DNA of 50,119 nt, taken from contig NC_057751.1 in assembly GCF_004010195.1 (NCBI RefSeq), positions 13,726,267 through 13,776,385 on the forward strand. Reading direction: 5' to 3'. The DNA is from Chiloscyllium plagiosum. Its lineage: Eukaryota. Below are positions 35,615 through 48,813 of the stretch, one piece after another. A program made the translations under genes and the position numbers. Within the stretch, counting starts at the first letter, position 1; every line of letters begins with the position of its first letter. The notes beneath the pieces are model-generated. The model had not been told where the DNA came from. It did not search any database and saw only the letters and a program-made list of their open reading frames with translations.

Positions 35615-36113
35615 TGTATAGTCCTGGTCACCCTGCTACAGGAAGGATATTATTGGAAAGGGTGCAGAAAAGATTTCAAGAATGTTCCTGGGACTGGAGG
35701 GTTTGAGTTAAAAGGAGAGGATGCCGGTTGGGACTTTTTTTCTGAAATGTAGGAGGTTGAGTGGTGACTTTGCGAGATTTATAAAATCATGAGGGGCACG
35801 GATAAGATGAATTGCAAAGATCTTTTCCCTCGGGTTGGGGAGTTCAAAACTAGAGGACACAATTTGAAGGTGTGAGGAGAAAGATTTAAAAGGGATCTGA
35901 AGAGCAATTCTTTCACACCTACGATGGTTTGTATGTAAAATGAACTACCAGAGGAAGTTACAACATTTAAAAAAACATTTGGACAGGTACATGAATAGGA
36001 AAGGTTTAGAGGGTAATAGGCCAAATACAGGCAAATGTGACTAATTTAGTTTGGGAAACTTGATCGGCATGGATGAGTTGGACCAAAGGGTCTGTTTCTA
36101 TGCTGTATGACTC
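35615..36113 (+). mobile_element. CR1/HER1 3' fragment
   Basis: GGAAAGGGTGCAGAAAAGATTT...GGCATGGATGAGTTGGACCAAAGGGTCTGTTTC...TATGACTC. Confidence 0.9.
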
Positions 36114-36324
36114 GATGGCTCATCTGCTGAAACCTTAAATCCATTCTTTGTTTCTGGACTTGGCTATTGCAATGTCTTCCTACCCAATGTCCACCTTCCA
36201 CAAATGTGAAATCATCCAAAGCTGTATTCCCATATGCTAATTCCCAGTCACCATCTTTGTTTTTGAATTGCTCTGAAGTCTTGCTTATCCTTTTCTCTGT
36301 ACTTTCTCTGACACAAATTATCTT

Positions 36325-36590
36325 AAAGATCTCTGCACTTCTCCAACTCAGACCTCTTGAGCAGCTTCGATGTTAACTGCTCAATCATTAATAGCCATGC
36401 CTTCAGTAGCCTAGACCCTAAACTCTGGAATTCCTTTTTGAGATCACTCTTTAGATTTATCTCTCTTGTCTTCTTCAAAACACACAGTCTTTGACCAACC
36501 TTTCTGTGTTTCAGTGTCAAATTTTGTTTGAAAATGCTCCTGTGGAGTTTTTATTGGGATGATTTGCTGTGTTAAAGATATTCTGTTGCA
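36325..36590 (+). mobile_element. Old LINE2-like 3' end
   Basis: GCCTTCAGTAGCCTAGACCCTAAACTCTGGAATTCC (AFSSLDPKLWNS) ... TTTGACCAA ... GCTCCTGTGGAG. Confidence 0.6.
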
Positions 36591-37399
36591 AAGCAAGAAA
36601 TTCACTTGAATTTCCACAGGGCAACCATGAGGATCCACAAAAGCCACTGTTAACTGAAATGAAAATGTGAAGTTACCTGGTTACAGAATTAATTCGGCAG
36701 TAGAGGTAGGGGAATTTGGTATGTGCTTGAATTGGAAGGTGGTGACTTTTGCTCTTCTGTTGCTTTTCCGATTCACATTTGAAGATCATTTCCATTGCAT
36801 TTGCCAGCACCATTCTCTTGGATAATGCACTCCAGTCCAAGTGACCCAACACATCAAGCAATGGTTTCCGAACTGATCATTTTGATTCAGTTGCCGATCA
36901 CCTTAAGTACTTGTCCTCTGGTCTTCAACCCTTTTGCCATTGGAATAATGTTTCTCTTAATCTGCTTTGACACGATGTATCATAATTTTGAACATTTAGA
37001 TCAAGCCTCCACTCAATCTCCTCATCTCTACCGAGAACAACTCTAGCCTCTTCAGGCTATACATGGAATTATGGGTCCTCATTAATGACCTATTCATCAG
37101 GTCTTTCCCTAGCATCAGAAAACAGGGGAAGAGACACAGAAGGTGACCAGAGTCTGCACATAATTCATTCCTATTCCAAATCTCCAGACCACAGGGCACA
37201 AGTGTCACCCAAGGCACTGTCCAGACATCAATTGCTAATCACAAATTGGCCACCTCTGCAAAATGTGACTGGGAGATGTGAAGTCTCAGTCCCTCCAGGG
37301 GGGATGAATGTGACAATGGACCTCAATTTCTTCAAGTTCTCTTTCTTTTCAGGCAGACAGCGGACCATCTGCTCATCATGTTACGTGAGTTCTCAGTAC

Positions 37400-38060
37400 T
37401 CTTGCTCACCATCAGGGAGATTAGCTCAACAATGCAAAAGGATCTGGGTGTCCTAGTGCATGAATTTCAGACTGTTAGTCTGCAAGTGATTTGGGCAAGC
37501 TAATAGAATGCTATAATTTATTGCCAGGGGAATTGAATACAAATCTACAAAGGGCATTTGTGTCACCATATCTGGAGTACTGTGCACAGTCTTAGTTTCC
37601 CTATTGAAGGAAGGAACATGGGAAGCAATGCAGGGAAGGTTCATTAGCCTAACACCTACAATGGATGGGTTGAATTCTGAGAAAAAGGTTGGACAGGCAA
37701 ACGTTGTGTCTGGTGCAGCTTTGAAGAGGATGAGGATTCTTATTGGAACATGTAAAGATGTTGAGAGGTCTTGACAGGATAAACATAGAAAGGATACATT
37801 CTCTTGTAGGAGACCGTAGAACTCTTAAAAATAGTCATTTTTTAAACATTAATGGCCCTCCATGTAACACAGAGATGAGGAGGAAATATTGGACACAGAG
37901 GATTGAGAGTCTTTGGAACTCTTCCTGTGAATCTTTTTGAGTCAGAGCTAGATAGATTAACAAAGGGGTGAATGATGATGGATAAGCAGAAATGTGGAGT
38001 AATAAGATCACCCATGATTGAACAGTGGAGCAGGCTCAAGGGGTCAAGTGGCTTACACTG
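37400..38060 (+). mobile_element. Old CR1-like 3' fragment
   Basis: QKDLGVLVHE; KMLRGLDRIN...TEMRRKYWTQRIESLWNS. Confidence 0.75.
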
Positions 38061-38849
38061 ACTTTTCTTGAATATATTTATATGTTTGTATTTGTTGCCA
38101 CCATCCCCTTTCAGACAGGGATCTGCAGGACCTACTTGGTCTTGTGTGGTGGAGGAAAATCACATGGCAATCAAACAAGAAGAGACTATTGTCTTAAACA
38201 AATTGCAGTTTCACAGGTGTTATAGACCCCATGAGGAAAATCAAATAGTCACTCTTACTTCTTCATGATACCAATCTGCTCTGCCATCAAGCCGAGATGA
38301 CACCATCAATGTTTAAGGCATTCCTCTACACAAACCTTTGCAGACCTCTGACACCCTTCAACAACAGCTTGTACCATTGACTAAGGAACTACAACAAGTG
38401 ACAGATTAAATTTTTGGGATGGCATCTGATTTCTTTAAACCCTTGTCTTGACCTCAGAGTGTCTGCAGTTCTTCACATCAAACTGTGCAACCTTGTTCTT
38501 GCCTCTGTGGCATAACCAGTAAGAACTCTGTGCCCAAACACTGGAAATTACTTTTGTTTTTAATTGAAGTTAACATTTAAAAGTTATTTCAAGGTAGTTT
38601 TGGAGCAGTCATCTGATTTATTTCCAAAGATCAAACCTGTTCTCTACTTTGTATGGCACGTGTAGTGAATCTGAAAAGGAAACCAGGATTTGCTGTACAG
38701 AGGTTACACTAGTTTATCATTGAGCTTGCTGCATCATTGGTGAATCTAGTTGCAGAAAAAAATTGGGGCACATTTCATGGAATGCTCAGAGAACACAGCA
38801 GCCTGATCAGCTACCTATCAAGTGGTAGTTGCATAATAATGGATCACTA

Positions 38850-39478
38850 ATCAGTGCTCAGTTTGAGTTCCACCAGTGCCACTCAGCTCTTGATCCAAAC
38901 TTTGATGAAAGGGTGAATTGAAGAAGTGGCATGAGAATGATGGCCCTTGATAACAAGGCAGCGTTTGACTTTGTGGCGCTGAGGAACAATAGCAAAACTG
39001 AAATCATTGGGAATTTAGGAGAAACTCATCACTGGTCTGAATCATATCTGGAGCAAATCAAGATGGTTATGCTTGTTGGGAAGAATCATCTCAGCTCCAG
39101 GAAATCACTGCAGGAGTTCCTCAGCGTAGTGTCTTCACCCCAACCATCTTCAGCTGCTTCATCAATTACTTCTCCTCCAACAAAAGGTCCGAAGTAGGGA
39201 TGTTTGCTGATGCTTGCACAGAGTTCAGAACCTACAGTATTCCATGTCCACGCAAGACCCGGAGAGTCTTGGAGTTCAAGTTGGGAGAGTCGGACTGGCA
39301 GTTCGAATCCTCGTACCATTGTGACTTCAAACTACATTGCTGTTCTTTCAGGCAAAATCCTGGAACTCTTTTCATAACAGCACAGTCAACATACTCACCA
39401 CCACCTTCTCAAGGGAATTTTGAGATCCAAGCTAAATATAGACTTTGACATTGCTTTTCACAGTCCATGAAGGAATTA
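38850..39478 (+). mobile_element. Second LINE family RT fragment with internal deletion and 3' end
   Basis: MRMMALDNKAAFD...WSESYLEQIKMVMLVG; MFADAC (FADD-like); tail CACCACCTTCTCAAGGGAATT. Confidence 0.75.
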
Positions 39479-41029
39479 AAATGATTAACTGTGTATATTC
39501 TATATCTAATCATTTCAGGAAACTCCAGACCATTCATTTTTCAGCAGGTGAAAGAATTTCCATGAACTTCAACTTAAATCTCACTGATCATTATAAATAA
39601 ACACACCCATATGTGGCTTGCAGTTTTGGAAATGACCAATAGCTAATTATACATAAATGATTCCCACAAATAACTCCTACACAGAATCAAAGCTACAGAG
39701 TTACTGTTTTCAGTGAAGGATTCAGCAATCATGAAGGATATTTTCCAAAATATAGGTAAACATTGTGGAAAATTCTGGAATCCCAGTTATTAAAAATATG
39801 ATTTGATTTATTCTGTGAACATAAATCATTGGCATTCAATACCAAACTGGTAGTATTGAAGAATTCAGTCCCCAAGATATTGGTAAATTCCCATAATTGC
39901 AAGTGATAAAAACAATATTTAATTTTTTTTTACTTAGCCCAAAACAATGACACTTTTAATTAAATATGATTTAAATACTAAATACTAACCAAATACTATT
40001 AGCAGATCAGTACATGCAAGGCCATTCACTCTTGCTTGACTGGAGAGGGCATGGCAGGAGTGGTTGGGTAACTATGGGAGCAGAACTAAAATTTCTGAGG
40101 TACTCATTAATTATCCAGTCTGTAAGAGATCATGGAAATTAGGGTTAGCATTCAAAATGGTTGTTAGATTACAAGATTTGCCCAATGTTTTTTTAATCTC
40201 CCGTTCATGCCCTGCAGTCAGTGCATCCCATAAATTGGGAAATGTTGTTATACGCACACACTGTTTGAATGTTATTTAATTTTCCCATATATTCTGCTAC
40301 ATTCTATTATGAGAAATGATTAAATTATGCACCCTTTTGTTGTGTGTCCTATACTTTATTGCATAGAATTTAGCCCATCACAATGGACTGCGCAGAAATT
40401 GTTTCAGAAGCAGGTCTGAGATATGATAGCATTGAGCTTGTGTAAGTACTGCACTAATGGACCATCAAGTTCATGTCAATTAAAGCTGTCAGGAAGAGCA
40501 TTTTCCTAAGATTGATGTGCCGGAGGTGTTGTGAGGTGAAGCTATCCGTAACAAGGGAATGTGAGGCTAGTTAATAGCAGAACAATGGGCTCTTTCTCAA
40601 AGTCTGGTGATGAATTCCCCGTTGCCTTGACAACATTCCCAGCAACATTCAGGCAAATGTAGTCACTTCCCTGGGTCTCAGCCCCACAAATACTCTGAAT
40701 TAGAATTTTTAAGAGTTTGACACAATATCTGACTGTGAGCAGAGGATAGTGAGCTTTATTTATTTAGTTTGGCTCTGAGTCCTGTGTCCCAGGTCTTTTA
40801 TCCTTTTAATGAAAGCCTGAATGTTTCTGATTTTCTTTATGCTTCTTCAGGTTGCCCCATACCAAGTAATGTTCAATGCCAACAAACATGTTTCCACATT
40901 TTTAACAGTGAGTGCTGCATTGGAACGAAAAGCAGAGGGACTGTGAGAGCAGCGTATGTCACTCACTCACGACATTTTTCTTTCTGATCAACACTGTATC
41001 ACCTCAGCTCTGCTCTGACCTTTTCATTC

Positions 41030-42850
41030 ATATGTGGGATGTGGATAGCACTGGCTGCACCAGACTTCATTACCCATTCTTAGTTGTTGTTCGGAAAGAG
41101 GTGATGAGCTGCTTTCTTGAGCCATTACACTTGATGCACCCACCATGATGTCAGGGAGCGAATTCCAAGATTTTAACCCAAAACATGCAAGGATCAGCAA
41201 ATATATTTCCAAGTCAGGAAGGTGTGTAGCTGAGAGTGGAACTTTCAGGTGGTGGTCTTCCCATTAATGTCTCGCTCTTGGCTTTCCTGCTGGCGGTGGT
41301 TGTGAGTTTGGAGGGTGCTGTCTCAGAATCCTTTGTGAATTGCTGCCGTGCGTCTTGTCAATGGAACACACTGCGGCCACTGAACTTGCTGTTGGTGGAG
41401 GGAGTCAATGTTTGTGGAGACAGTGCCAGTCCACTGGGCTGCTTTGTCCTGGATGGTGTCAGGATTACTCATCTACATTGGGGAGACAGGACGCCCACTC
41501 ACAGAGTGCTTCAGAGAACATCTCCAGGACACCTGCACCAACCAGCCCCACAGCCCCATGGCCAAACATTTCAACTCCCCCTCCCACTCTGTCGAGGGCA
41601 TGCAGGTCCTGGGCCCCCTCCGTCGCCACTCCCTTAATATCCAACACCTGGAGGAAGAATGCCTCATCTTCCGCCTCGGAACGCTTCAACCCCAGGGCAT
41701 CAATGTGGAATTCACCAGTTTCCTCATTTCCCCTGTGCCCCCACTTTACCCCAGTTCCAAACTTTGAGCTCAGCACTGTCCTCCTGACCAGTCCAATCTG
41801 TCCATCTTCCTTCCCACCTATCCGCTCCACCATCCTCTCCGACCTATCACCTTCATCCCCACCTCCATCCACCTATCGCACTCTCAGCTACCTTCTCCCC
41901 AGCTCCACCAGCCTCATTCCTAATGAAGAGTTTTTGCCCGAAATATCGATTTTTCTGCTCCTTGGATGCTGCCTGACCTGCTGTACTTTTCCAGCACCAC
42001 ACTCTTGACTTCAGCATCTGCAGTCCTCACTTTCGCCTCAGGATTATTCAGTGTTGCACTCATCCAAGCAAGTAGGGAGTATATCATCACACTCCTGACT
42101 TGTGCCTTGTAGATTGTGGGAATGCTTTGAATTCAGGGGGTGAGTTACTCACGACAGGACTACTGTCCTCTGACCTGATCTTATATTTATAGTCACTGTC
42201 TTTATAAGGCTGTTTCAGTTCAATTTGCAGTCAATGGTAACCTCCACAATGTTGAAAGTGTGTGATTCAGTGATGATAATGCCATTGAATGTCAAGGACC
42301 AATGGTTAGCTTCTTTTTGATTGGAGATTGGCATTACTTGACATTTATTTGGGCACTGACGTTGTTTGTCACCTCTCAGCCAAAGCCTAGATATTGTCTG
42401 ATTCTTTTTGCATTTGGGAATGGTCTACTTCAGTATCTGAGGAGTCACAGATGGTGCTTAAAGTTGTGCAGTGATTGCCGAACGTCCCCACTTCTGACTG
42501 AAAGATGGAGGAAAGGTCATTGATGAAGCTGTTAAAGATGGTTGAGCGAAGAGACTACCGTGAGGAATACCAGATGATAGACCTCTGACCTCCATAACCA
42601 TTTTCCCTCATGGCAAACGTGACTCCAGCCAGGAAAGAGATTTCCTGCTGATTCCCATTTCCTCTTGCTTGGCCTTGCCACACTCGGTCAATAGCCTTTC
42701 TGTCCAAGGCAGTCGCTCTCACCACACCCCTGGAATTCAGCTCTTCTAACAAAGTTTAAAGCAGGCCGGAGGGAAGGTCAGGAGCTGAGTGAGCCTGGTG
42801 GAATCCAAACTGGATATCATTGAGCAGGTTATTGCTAAGCAAGCGCTACT
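41030..42850 (-). mobile_element. Second LINE family RT plus 3' end, interrupted by a PLE
   Basis: ELNSRGVVRATALDRKAIDRVWQG (LDxxxAFDRVW motif); 3' tail at 41030-41110. Confidence 0.82.
41468..42037 (+). mobile_element. 5'-truncated Penelope-like element (GIY-YIG C-terminus plus terminus) with 9-bp TSD
   Basis: LIYIGETGRPLTECFREH...AKHFNSPSH...LEEECLIFRLGTLQPQGIN. TSD TCAGGATTA at 41459-41467 and 42038-42046. Decayed hammerhead core at ~41920-41947. Confidence 0.95.
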
Positions 42851-43613
42851 TAGTCGGGGGAGGCACAACAAATGATCAAAATGAAATAGGAATTCACCAA
42901 CTCAGGCATCATGGAAATGATCCTGTCACCTTACAGAAGAACAGAATTAACTTTTTTGGAAATAGTAAATGATTGTTTGGTTCAACAAGCCTGAACATTT
43001 TCACCGGTGCCTTCTCAACACCCATATGTCTCAAATCTTTCTTTTTTCTGACACATTAAACTGTCTCTGGAATGTATTCATAGTGATTGCTTCAAAAGCC
43101 TTTGCTGAAGTACTTAACACGTGTATTATCATTTGGTTAATAAGATTGAGCATACCAAGGTACATAAAGATTAGGACTGGAATTTGATCTACTCATTTAG
43201 CTCATTCAGAAAACTTGCATTTGAAGCACCATTTTACCACATCAAAAAGAAGACAAAAATTGCAAGAGTGAATACACCCTGGGGTGTTGTGCATATCGGC
43301 ATTTTATAATAATATGGTAGCAGATTGACAACCATCAGTGAAATATGGTTAGACGACAGAATTTAAAAAGCATGACTTTTGATGTACATGTAGTTCTCCT
43401 ACAAAGCTCATTTATTAAACACACTTTGTCTGTAATGCGGTTTGTGAATTGCCGACATTTTTTTATAAAGCAAACTCCCTTTCTCTGTTAGACTAATCTC
43501 ATCCCCAGCACGCAGTGTTGCAGTGCATGGAGGGCTGAACTCTCCGTCAGTATCAAGCGATCAGTCAGTGCATGCACTTGCTCATGAAAGAGCTTCGTCC
43601 AAGGTATCAGTGA

Positions 43614-43814
43614 GGGCGGCACGGTGGCTCCGTGGTTAGCACTGCTGCCTCACAGCACCAGAGTCCCAGGTTCGATTGCAGCCGCGAGCGACTGTCTGTG
43701 TGGAGTTTGCATATTCTCCTTGTGTCTGCGTGGGTTTCCTCTGGCTCCTCTGATTTCCTCCCACAGTCTAAAGATGTGCAGGTCAGGTAAATTGCCCAGA
43801 GTGTTAGGTGCATT
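43614..43814 (+). mobile_element. HE1-type V-SINE, 3'-truncated
   Basis: GGGCGGCACGGTGGCTCCGTGGTTAGCA head, B box and V-domain. Confidence 0.9.
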
Positions 43815-44354
43815 ACAGCCTGAGGACAAGGAGCTGGGAGCATTCGGATAATTTAAAAACTTATAGAGTTGAAATAAGAGTGAAATTTCACTGGAACTGA
43901 CTAACAGCAAAAGGACAGTGTTGAGGAACAGTTTGAAACTTGGCTTTGTGATTTGTAGCATAGCTTTTTTTCTCTCTTTTTGTTCAAAAAAATATGTTTA
44001 GATGTTAAAGAATATTTGCAGATTCCTGGGAATCTGTTTCAGTGACTAATCATTATTGTAACCAACTGCAAAAAAAATCAGTACAGGGGCTTGGACTTGG
44101 TCAGTCAGCTGCTCAGGGTGGTCAGAGTCAGGAAACTCTGCACATAGTGGGTAAGGGAGAGAAAGGTGGGTGGCACACTGTTACTTTTGGTGCACGTATG
44201 CAGATGCCCTAAGGGGGTGAGTAGGCTTTGCAGAAGAGATTCAGGGTTAGTCAGGGTCATATGTTAGCGAGGATGAGAGTGAGTGGGGTAGAAGTTGCAG
44301 GAAATGATGGGTACAGTAGCCGAGGTATGAGTATGAGGTATGGTGACACTTCGA

Positions 44355-44570
44355 CTGGCAGAGTGCAGACGGTCATTGATCTTCCTACATTTTGTGCATT
44401 CCTTCAGATGGTTGAGACTGCACAGGCCTGGATGGTAAACCTAGTCCAGGTTGGCATGGTTCCAGTAGAATGGCATTCTCTGTTGGCCTGGGAGAAAAGG
44501 ATGTCCTGCCTCTGTATCACCCCATTCCCATCGGCAGCATCTCCATGTCCCTGCCCACAAAGACAGGCAT
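44355..44570 (-). pseudogene. Degenerate Myb/SANT-like DNA-binding ORF (Harbinger accessory protein type)
   Basis: VIQRQDILFSQ...MPTWTRF...AVSTI*RNA, frameshift, KCRKINDRLHS; fits the Myb/SANT-like pattern ...ILF...W......R...QCRKKxNDL. Confidence 0.65.
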
Positions 44571-45062
44571 CAATTATCCGTTGTCTGCCACACCTAGGGC
44601 CGATGTCAGGAACCGAGCAGGGCAGCTCCAGACTGACAGCTGTTGTCTGGGTGCAGAATATTTCATTCAAGATGGTGCTGCACCACGGATGTTGGTCAAT
44701 TTTGGGATATTCAGAAAGGGCTGAGTTGTTTTGCAAATGGCAAAAAGTACGATGGTGCTAGAGTATGTGAGAGGGGCACCAAAGGGTGGGATAGGTAATA
44801 AATGAGGGGGGTTTTGTAAAATAAGGTGATAGATGTCCCCACGCGTCATGACATGAAACCCTCCGAAAAACGTGACAATACTGACATTTAGTGATATATC
44901 AAGGCATTCTTCCTGGGATCTGACTTGTGCAGTGTTACCGTTGGATAGGAACAGAAGACTGGCTTCAATGTAGTGCAACCAGCAGGTATACATGCTAATC
45001 GAGAGTAATCAATTGAAGATTTTGATGAATTGTACTATACAGTACCATACAGCAAGTCAGTT

Positions 45063-45657
45063 TGTTATGGACAAGGCCAGACTCCCTTGAAAATATTTTA
45101 AGAAGTTAGCCTAGTCACGAATTTTTCCTTATGTTAGAGGCAGATATGAAGGGGATATTCCAGGTGTGATGCAGCTGGTCAAACCACTCTGCTTTAAGCA
45201 AAACAGAATTTATTTAAACCCTACAGTTGCATCGAAAACAAAAAAAACGGAATTTAGAATATCCTAACTTTTGGAAAACTTAACCAACACAATACAGCAA
45301 CTTAACTAAGGAGCTGTTCCAGTTCCCATAACATCCGATAAACACACCCCTTAGTAAAAAGGTAAATTCAAACACAGATTCTTACAGGCAGGAGGGAACA
45401 AAATCTAGAGAGGGATTTCAAAGAAATTCAGAGGAATCCTTTACTGAAGCTTGCAACTCTTCTGGACTCCAGCATCTTGTAACTGCCACATCTAAACCAA
45501 GAGGAAAAAATCTGAACTGGGAGAACTGACCACTCGTCTGCCATTGATAAACTAGGCTCTTTCTAGCCCCCCCTCAGCATTTCTGCCTTTATGATCGCCC
45601 TTTTTAAAAAAAAACCCAAGGACAAAATAACCTTTTTAAAATGACAGCACCATCACA
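45063..45657 (-). mobile_element. Solo LTR (595 bp), probably Ty3/Gypsy
   Basis: TGTTATGG...CCATCACA ends (TG..CA, 7/8 inverted match); 4-bp TSD AGTT at 45059-45062 and 45658-45661; AATAAA on the minus strand at ~45209-45214. Confidence 0.8.
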
Positions 45658-45735
45658 AGTTACAACATGTCAAAATTTACTTAGACAGTGCTATCATTTG
45701 TGTCAGACTAACCATTATATTTGTTTCAATTTTTA

Positions 45736-45861
45736 CTGGCAATTTTGCTGGTTCACCCCCTGTCCTGTTTTTCCCATAAGTCCCATTATTTTTATTGTAC
45801 AACTTTCTATAACGTGGCGCTGCATGGGAAGGCAATGATGGCGTTATAGGAGAACGACCTG
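45736..45861. mobile_element. Degenerate Tigger-like MITE
   Basis: Right end GTTATAGGAGAACGACCTG-TA resembles the right end of 35184-35401; left end is poorly preserved. Confidence 0.5.
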
Positions 45862-46263
45862 TATCCTTTGCTTAAGAGACATGTCCAATATCACCAATGC
45901 CACTGACCAACAATTGAGCTTGCAATTGTCCTGGCCTGTGCTACTCAACAGCACGTTGAAAACGCGGTTTGTTCTATCAACTTTTACGGAGTAAAAACAT
46001 TTTGCTTCATAAATTTGTTGCCTGATAAAAGCCTTATACTAACTATAAAGATGCATCAGCTTGAGACGGCAACTCAATTAAATGTGATTGCTTGAAATTG
46101 AAGCTCAATGCCACTGTGTTTTCAATGCACCTTTTACTGCTGGTGGAAGAAAATGGGTGATTCAAAGCTTAATGACATGGTGTGCAGGAGATGTTCATTC
46201 TAATATTTGGCAAATATAAAAGAAAATGTTTGTTGAGCATACTTTAAGGAGTTTTGACCCTAC

Positions 46264-46668
46264 AGTGTCAGCTGCGGTAGAATTAGTAGCTCTTTCCCCT
46301 CTGACTTGAGCACAAAGATCAAGACATTTCTAGTACAGCACTGATGGAGGTGAGTACCTCTGGCAAGGCTCCATTTTTTCTGTGAAAATGATCTAAAAGA
46401 TCCATGGAACTACTTGGACGGATTGCAGGGAAGTTATCCTTGGTGTTCTGGCCAATATTTATTCCTCATTCAGTATGGTTAAAAAAGAAACAAATGATCC
46501 GGTGTTTATCTTATTTCTCAATGTGGTAGCTTTCTGTTAAAATTGGCTGCCACGTTTCCTACATTATTACAGCGGCCACACTTCAGAAAGTATTTAATTG
46601 GCTGTCAAGTGGTTTGCAGCATCCTTAGATCATGGGCATTGCCATGGAAATCCACGTCTTTAGTTCTT
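46264..46668 (+). mobile_element. Deu-domain SINE (SacSINE1-like), old
   Basis: TAAAAGATCCATGG...CAGGGAAGTTATCCTTGGTGTTCTGGCCAATATTTATTCCTCA...AAATTGGCTGCCACGTTTCCTACATTA matches the Deu-SINE body as recalled. Confidence 0.8.
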
Positions 46669-47169
46669 TATAAATGTCAACAAAAGAATCAAAAGAGAAT
46701 AATGATAGATAATGCAATTACAAAAATATGTACTGATAGTATGATATTCAACCTCTTGAGAATATAATACAACCTTGGACACAGTGGCTTGGTTTAGTGG
46801 ATTGCAAAATGTTTTAAAGACCTGCACATTCTATTTTTGCATATCTCTTTTAAACGTTTAATTTCTCCCACCTGTTGTGGTTTTGTCCATCATCTATTAT
46901 TGTAACTCAAGTCTCTCCATCATTGAAGATGCTCGTGAACAAAGAAAAACAAATTGCACATGTTCAAATTTGTTAATTGGACAAAATTGAGGTGCATTAC
47001 TGGGATGCAACTCTTCACATCTCATGTGATACTTTTGACCCATGTAGCAAAGCAGTAAGTCCGTACCCAGATCTTTCTGGTTGCAGCAAGAAGCAGAATG
47101 ATGTCAGGTTTAAAAGACTTAAATTATGATCATTGACAGGGTGTATCGACCATATTTATGCTCTTTGTG

Positions 47170-47572
47170 GATACAAGATTAAGGGATAATTGAATCGAGG
47201 TGTTTTAGAACATAAAAGAGTTTGAAATGGTAGATAGAGAGAAATGATTCCCTATTATAAGGAGAAAAACAGAACATAAGCACAAAATTACAGCAAGGTC
47301 CTTCAGGGGTGATACCATGAATTGTTTCTTCATACAAAGTATGGTGGAAACCCTCTCCTGTTCTAACATTTAGACTCTGTTGATGTCAGTGATCCCAGTT
47401 GAAAATGCCAAAAACCAAGTTTGTTAGCTTTTATTAAGTAAGGGTGCAAAGAGTTAGAGAATTGATTTGAGTTGTAGGCGTTAAGATCAAGTTCAGTTGT
47501 GACCTAATTAAATGGTGTAAATGGTGGAACTGGCTCCAGAAGTTGAAATACTTCCTCCAGTTCCTGTGTTCC
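47170..47572 (+). mobile_element. Very old CR1-like 3' fragment
   Basis: Degenerate AGATTAAGGGATAATTGAATCGAGGTGTTT...TCCTCCAGTTCCTGTGTTCCT tail. Confidence 0.5.
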
Positions 47573-48503
47573 TTTGTCACTACGTGGAATCTGACATAAA
47601 TGTGTTTTAAAAGGAACTAATAGAGAAAAGGTAAGTTAAATAGAAAAAGAATGATTTTATACTACTTTATATATTGATATTTAAATTTAATACGATTGCC
47701 TGTCTAGAAATGATGGTGCAGCTAATTAACTGGTTGCTAGCCAACAAGTGCAAAAAATAATCAAAAGCATTTGGAGAGTGTCTGAGTCGTCAGTCAGAAT
47801 AGTAAGAACCTCACTTCAAATCAAATCAAGTCTTAAGGATTAAAAGTCTATTTTCTTTGCCAACTGACACAGTCTCCAGTTAAATTGAGTTTGAGAAGTT
47901 TCAACCCAGTTGGATAAAGAACAAACTAAAGACTTTCATTTAAATACAGCCCTATCACGCTTATCGAAAGGCCTGAGTTTTGCAATGGTGTCAAGTCTCT
48001 CCAGGAGTTCTACCCTCCAACACGATACACATCCATCCGGGTAGTGGTGAATGAGGTCAAATTTCAAGTTGTGTATCTATACTTTTCAGAGGCAGCTATG
48101 TGCATAAAACTGCAGCTGCCTCCAATCATATCCAATTTTAACCTGCAAGCAGTGGACAACACAACGTGCAGATTAAGTCCTGTAGAAGCAGTTATAAACT
48201 TTGCAGAGTTGCTTGGAGAAATAGGGTGGATGTTGGGAGAGGTAACAGTCCCACGATATCTTTGTGTAGAGACCAGAATCCCATGAGGAGAGGTCAACTG
48301 CTCTTTTGAAGAGAGAAGGTGCCCTTTTGGACAAGTACTTTGCCGTTTGATATTTTTAAAAATAAACATGTTTCTTGAAAAGTGTATAATATCATTGGAA
48401 CTCTAAATCTCACTGGAAATGTCAAAAGGAGCCATCAAGGAATTTAAAACTGCTTCCCTTTAAATATTTGAAAATATTGGTACTTTTAAAAAAAGAAAGC
48501 ATT

Positions 48504-48813
48504 TGGCTCAGTGGTTAGCACTGCTGCCTCACAGCACCAGGGACCTGGGTTCGGTTCCTGCCTCGGGTGACTGTCTGTGTGGAGTTTGCACATTCACCCC
48601 ATGGCTGTGTGGGTTTCCTCCGGATGCTCTGATTTCCTCCCACAATCCAAAGTGTGCAGGTTAGGTGAATTGGCTATGCTGAATTGCCCCATAGTGTTAG
48701 GTGCATGAGTCAGAGGTAAATGTAGGGGAATGGGCCTGGGTGGGTTACTCTTCAGAGGGTCAGTGAGGACTTGGTGGGCAGAAGGGCCTGTTTCCACATC
48801 GTAGCTAATCTAA
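48504..48813 (+). mobile_element. HE1-type V-SINE
   Basis: TGGCTCAGTGGTTAGCACTGCTGCC head, V-domain and CR1-like tail. Confidence 0.92.
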
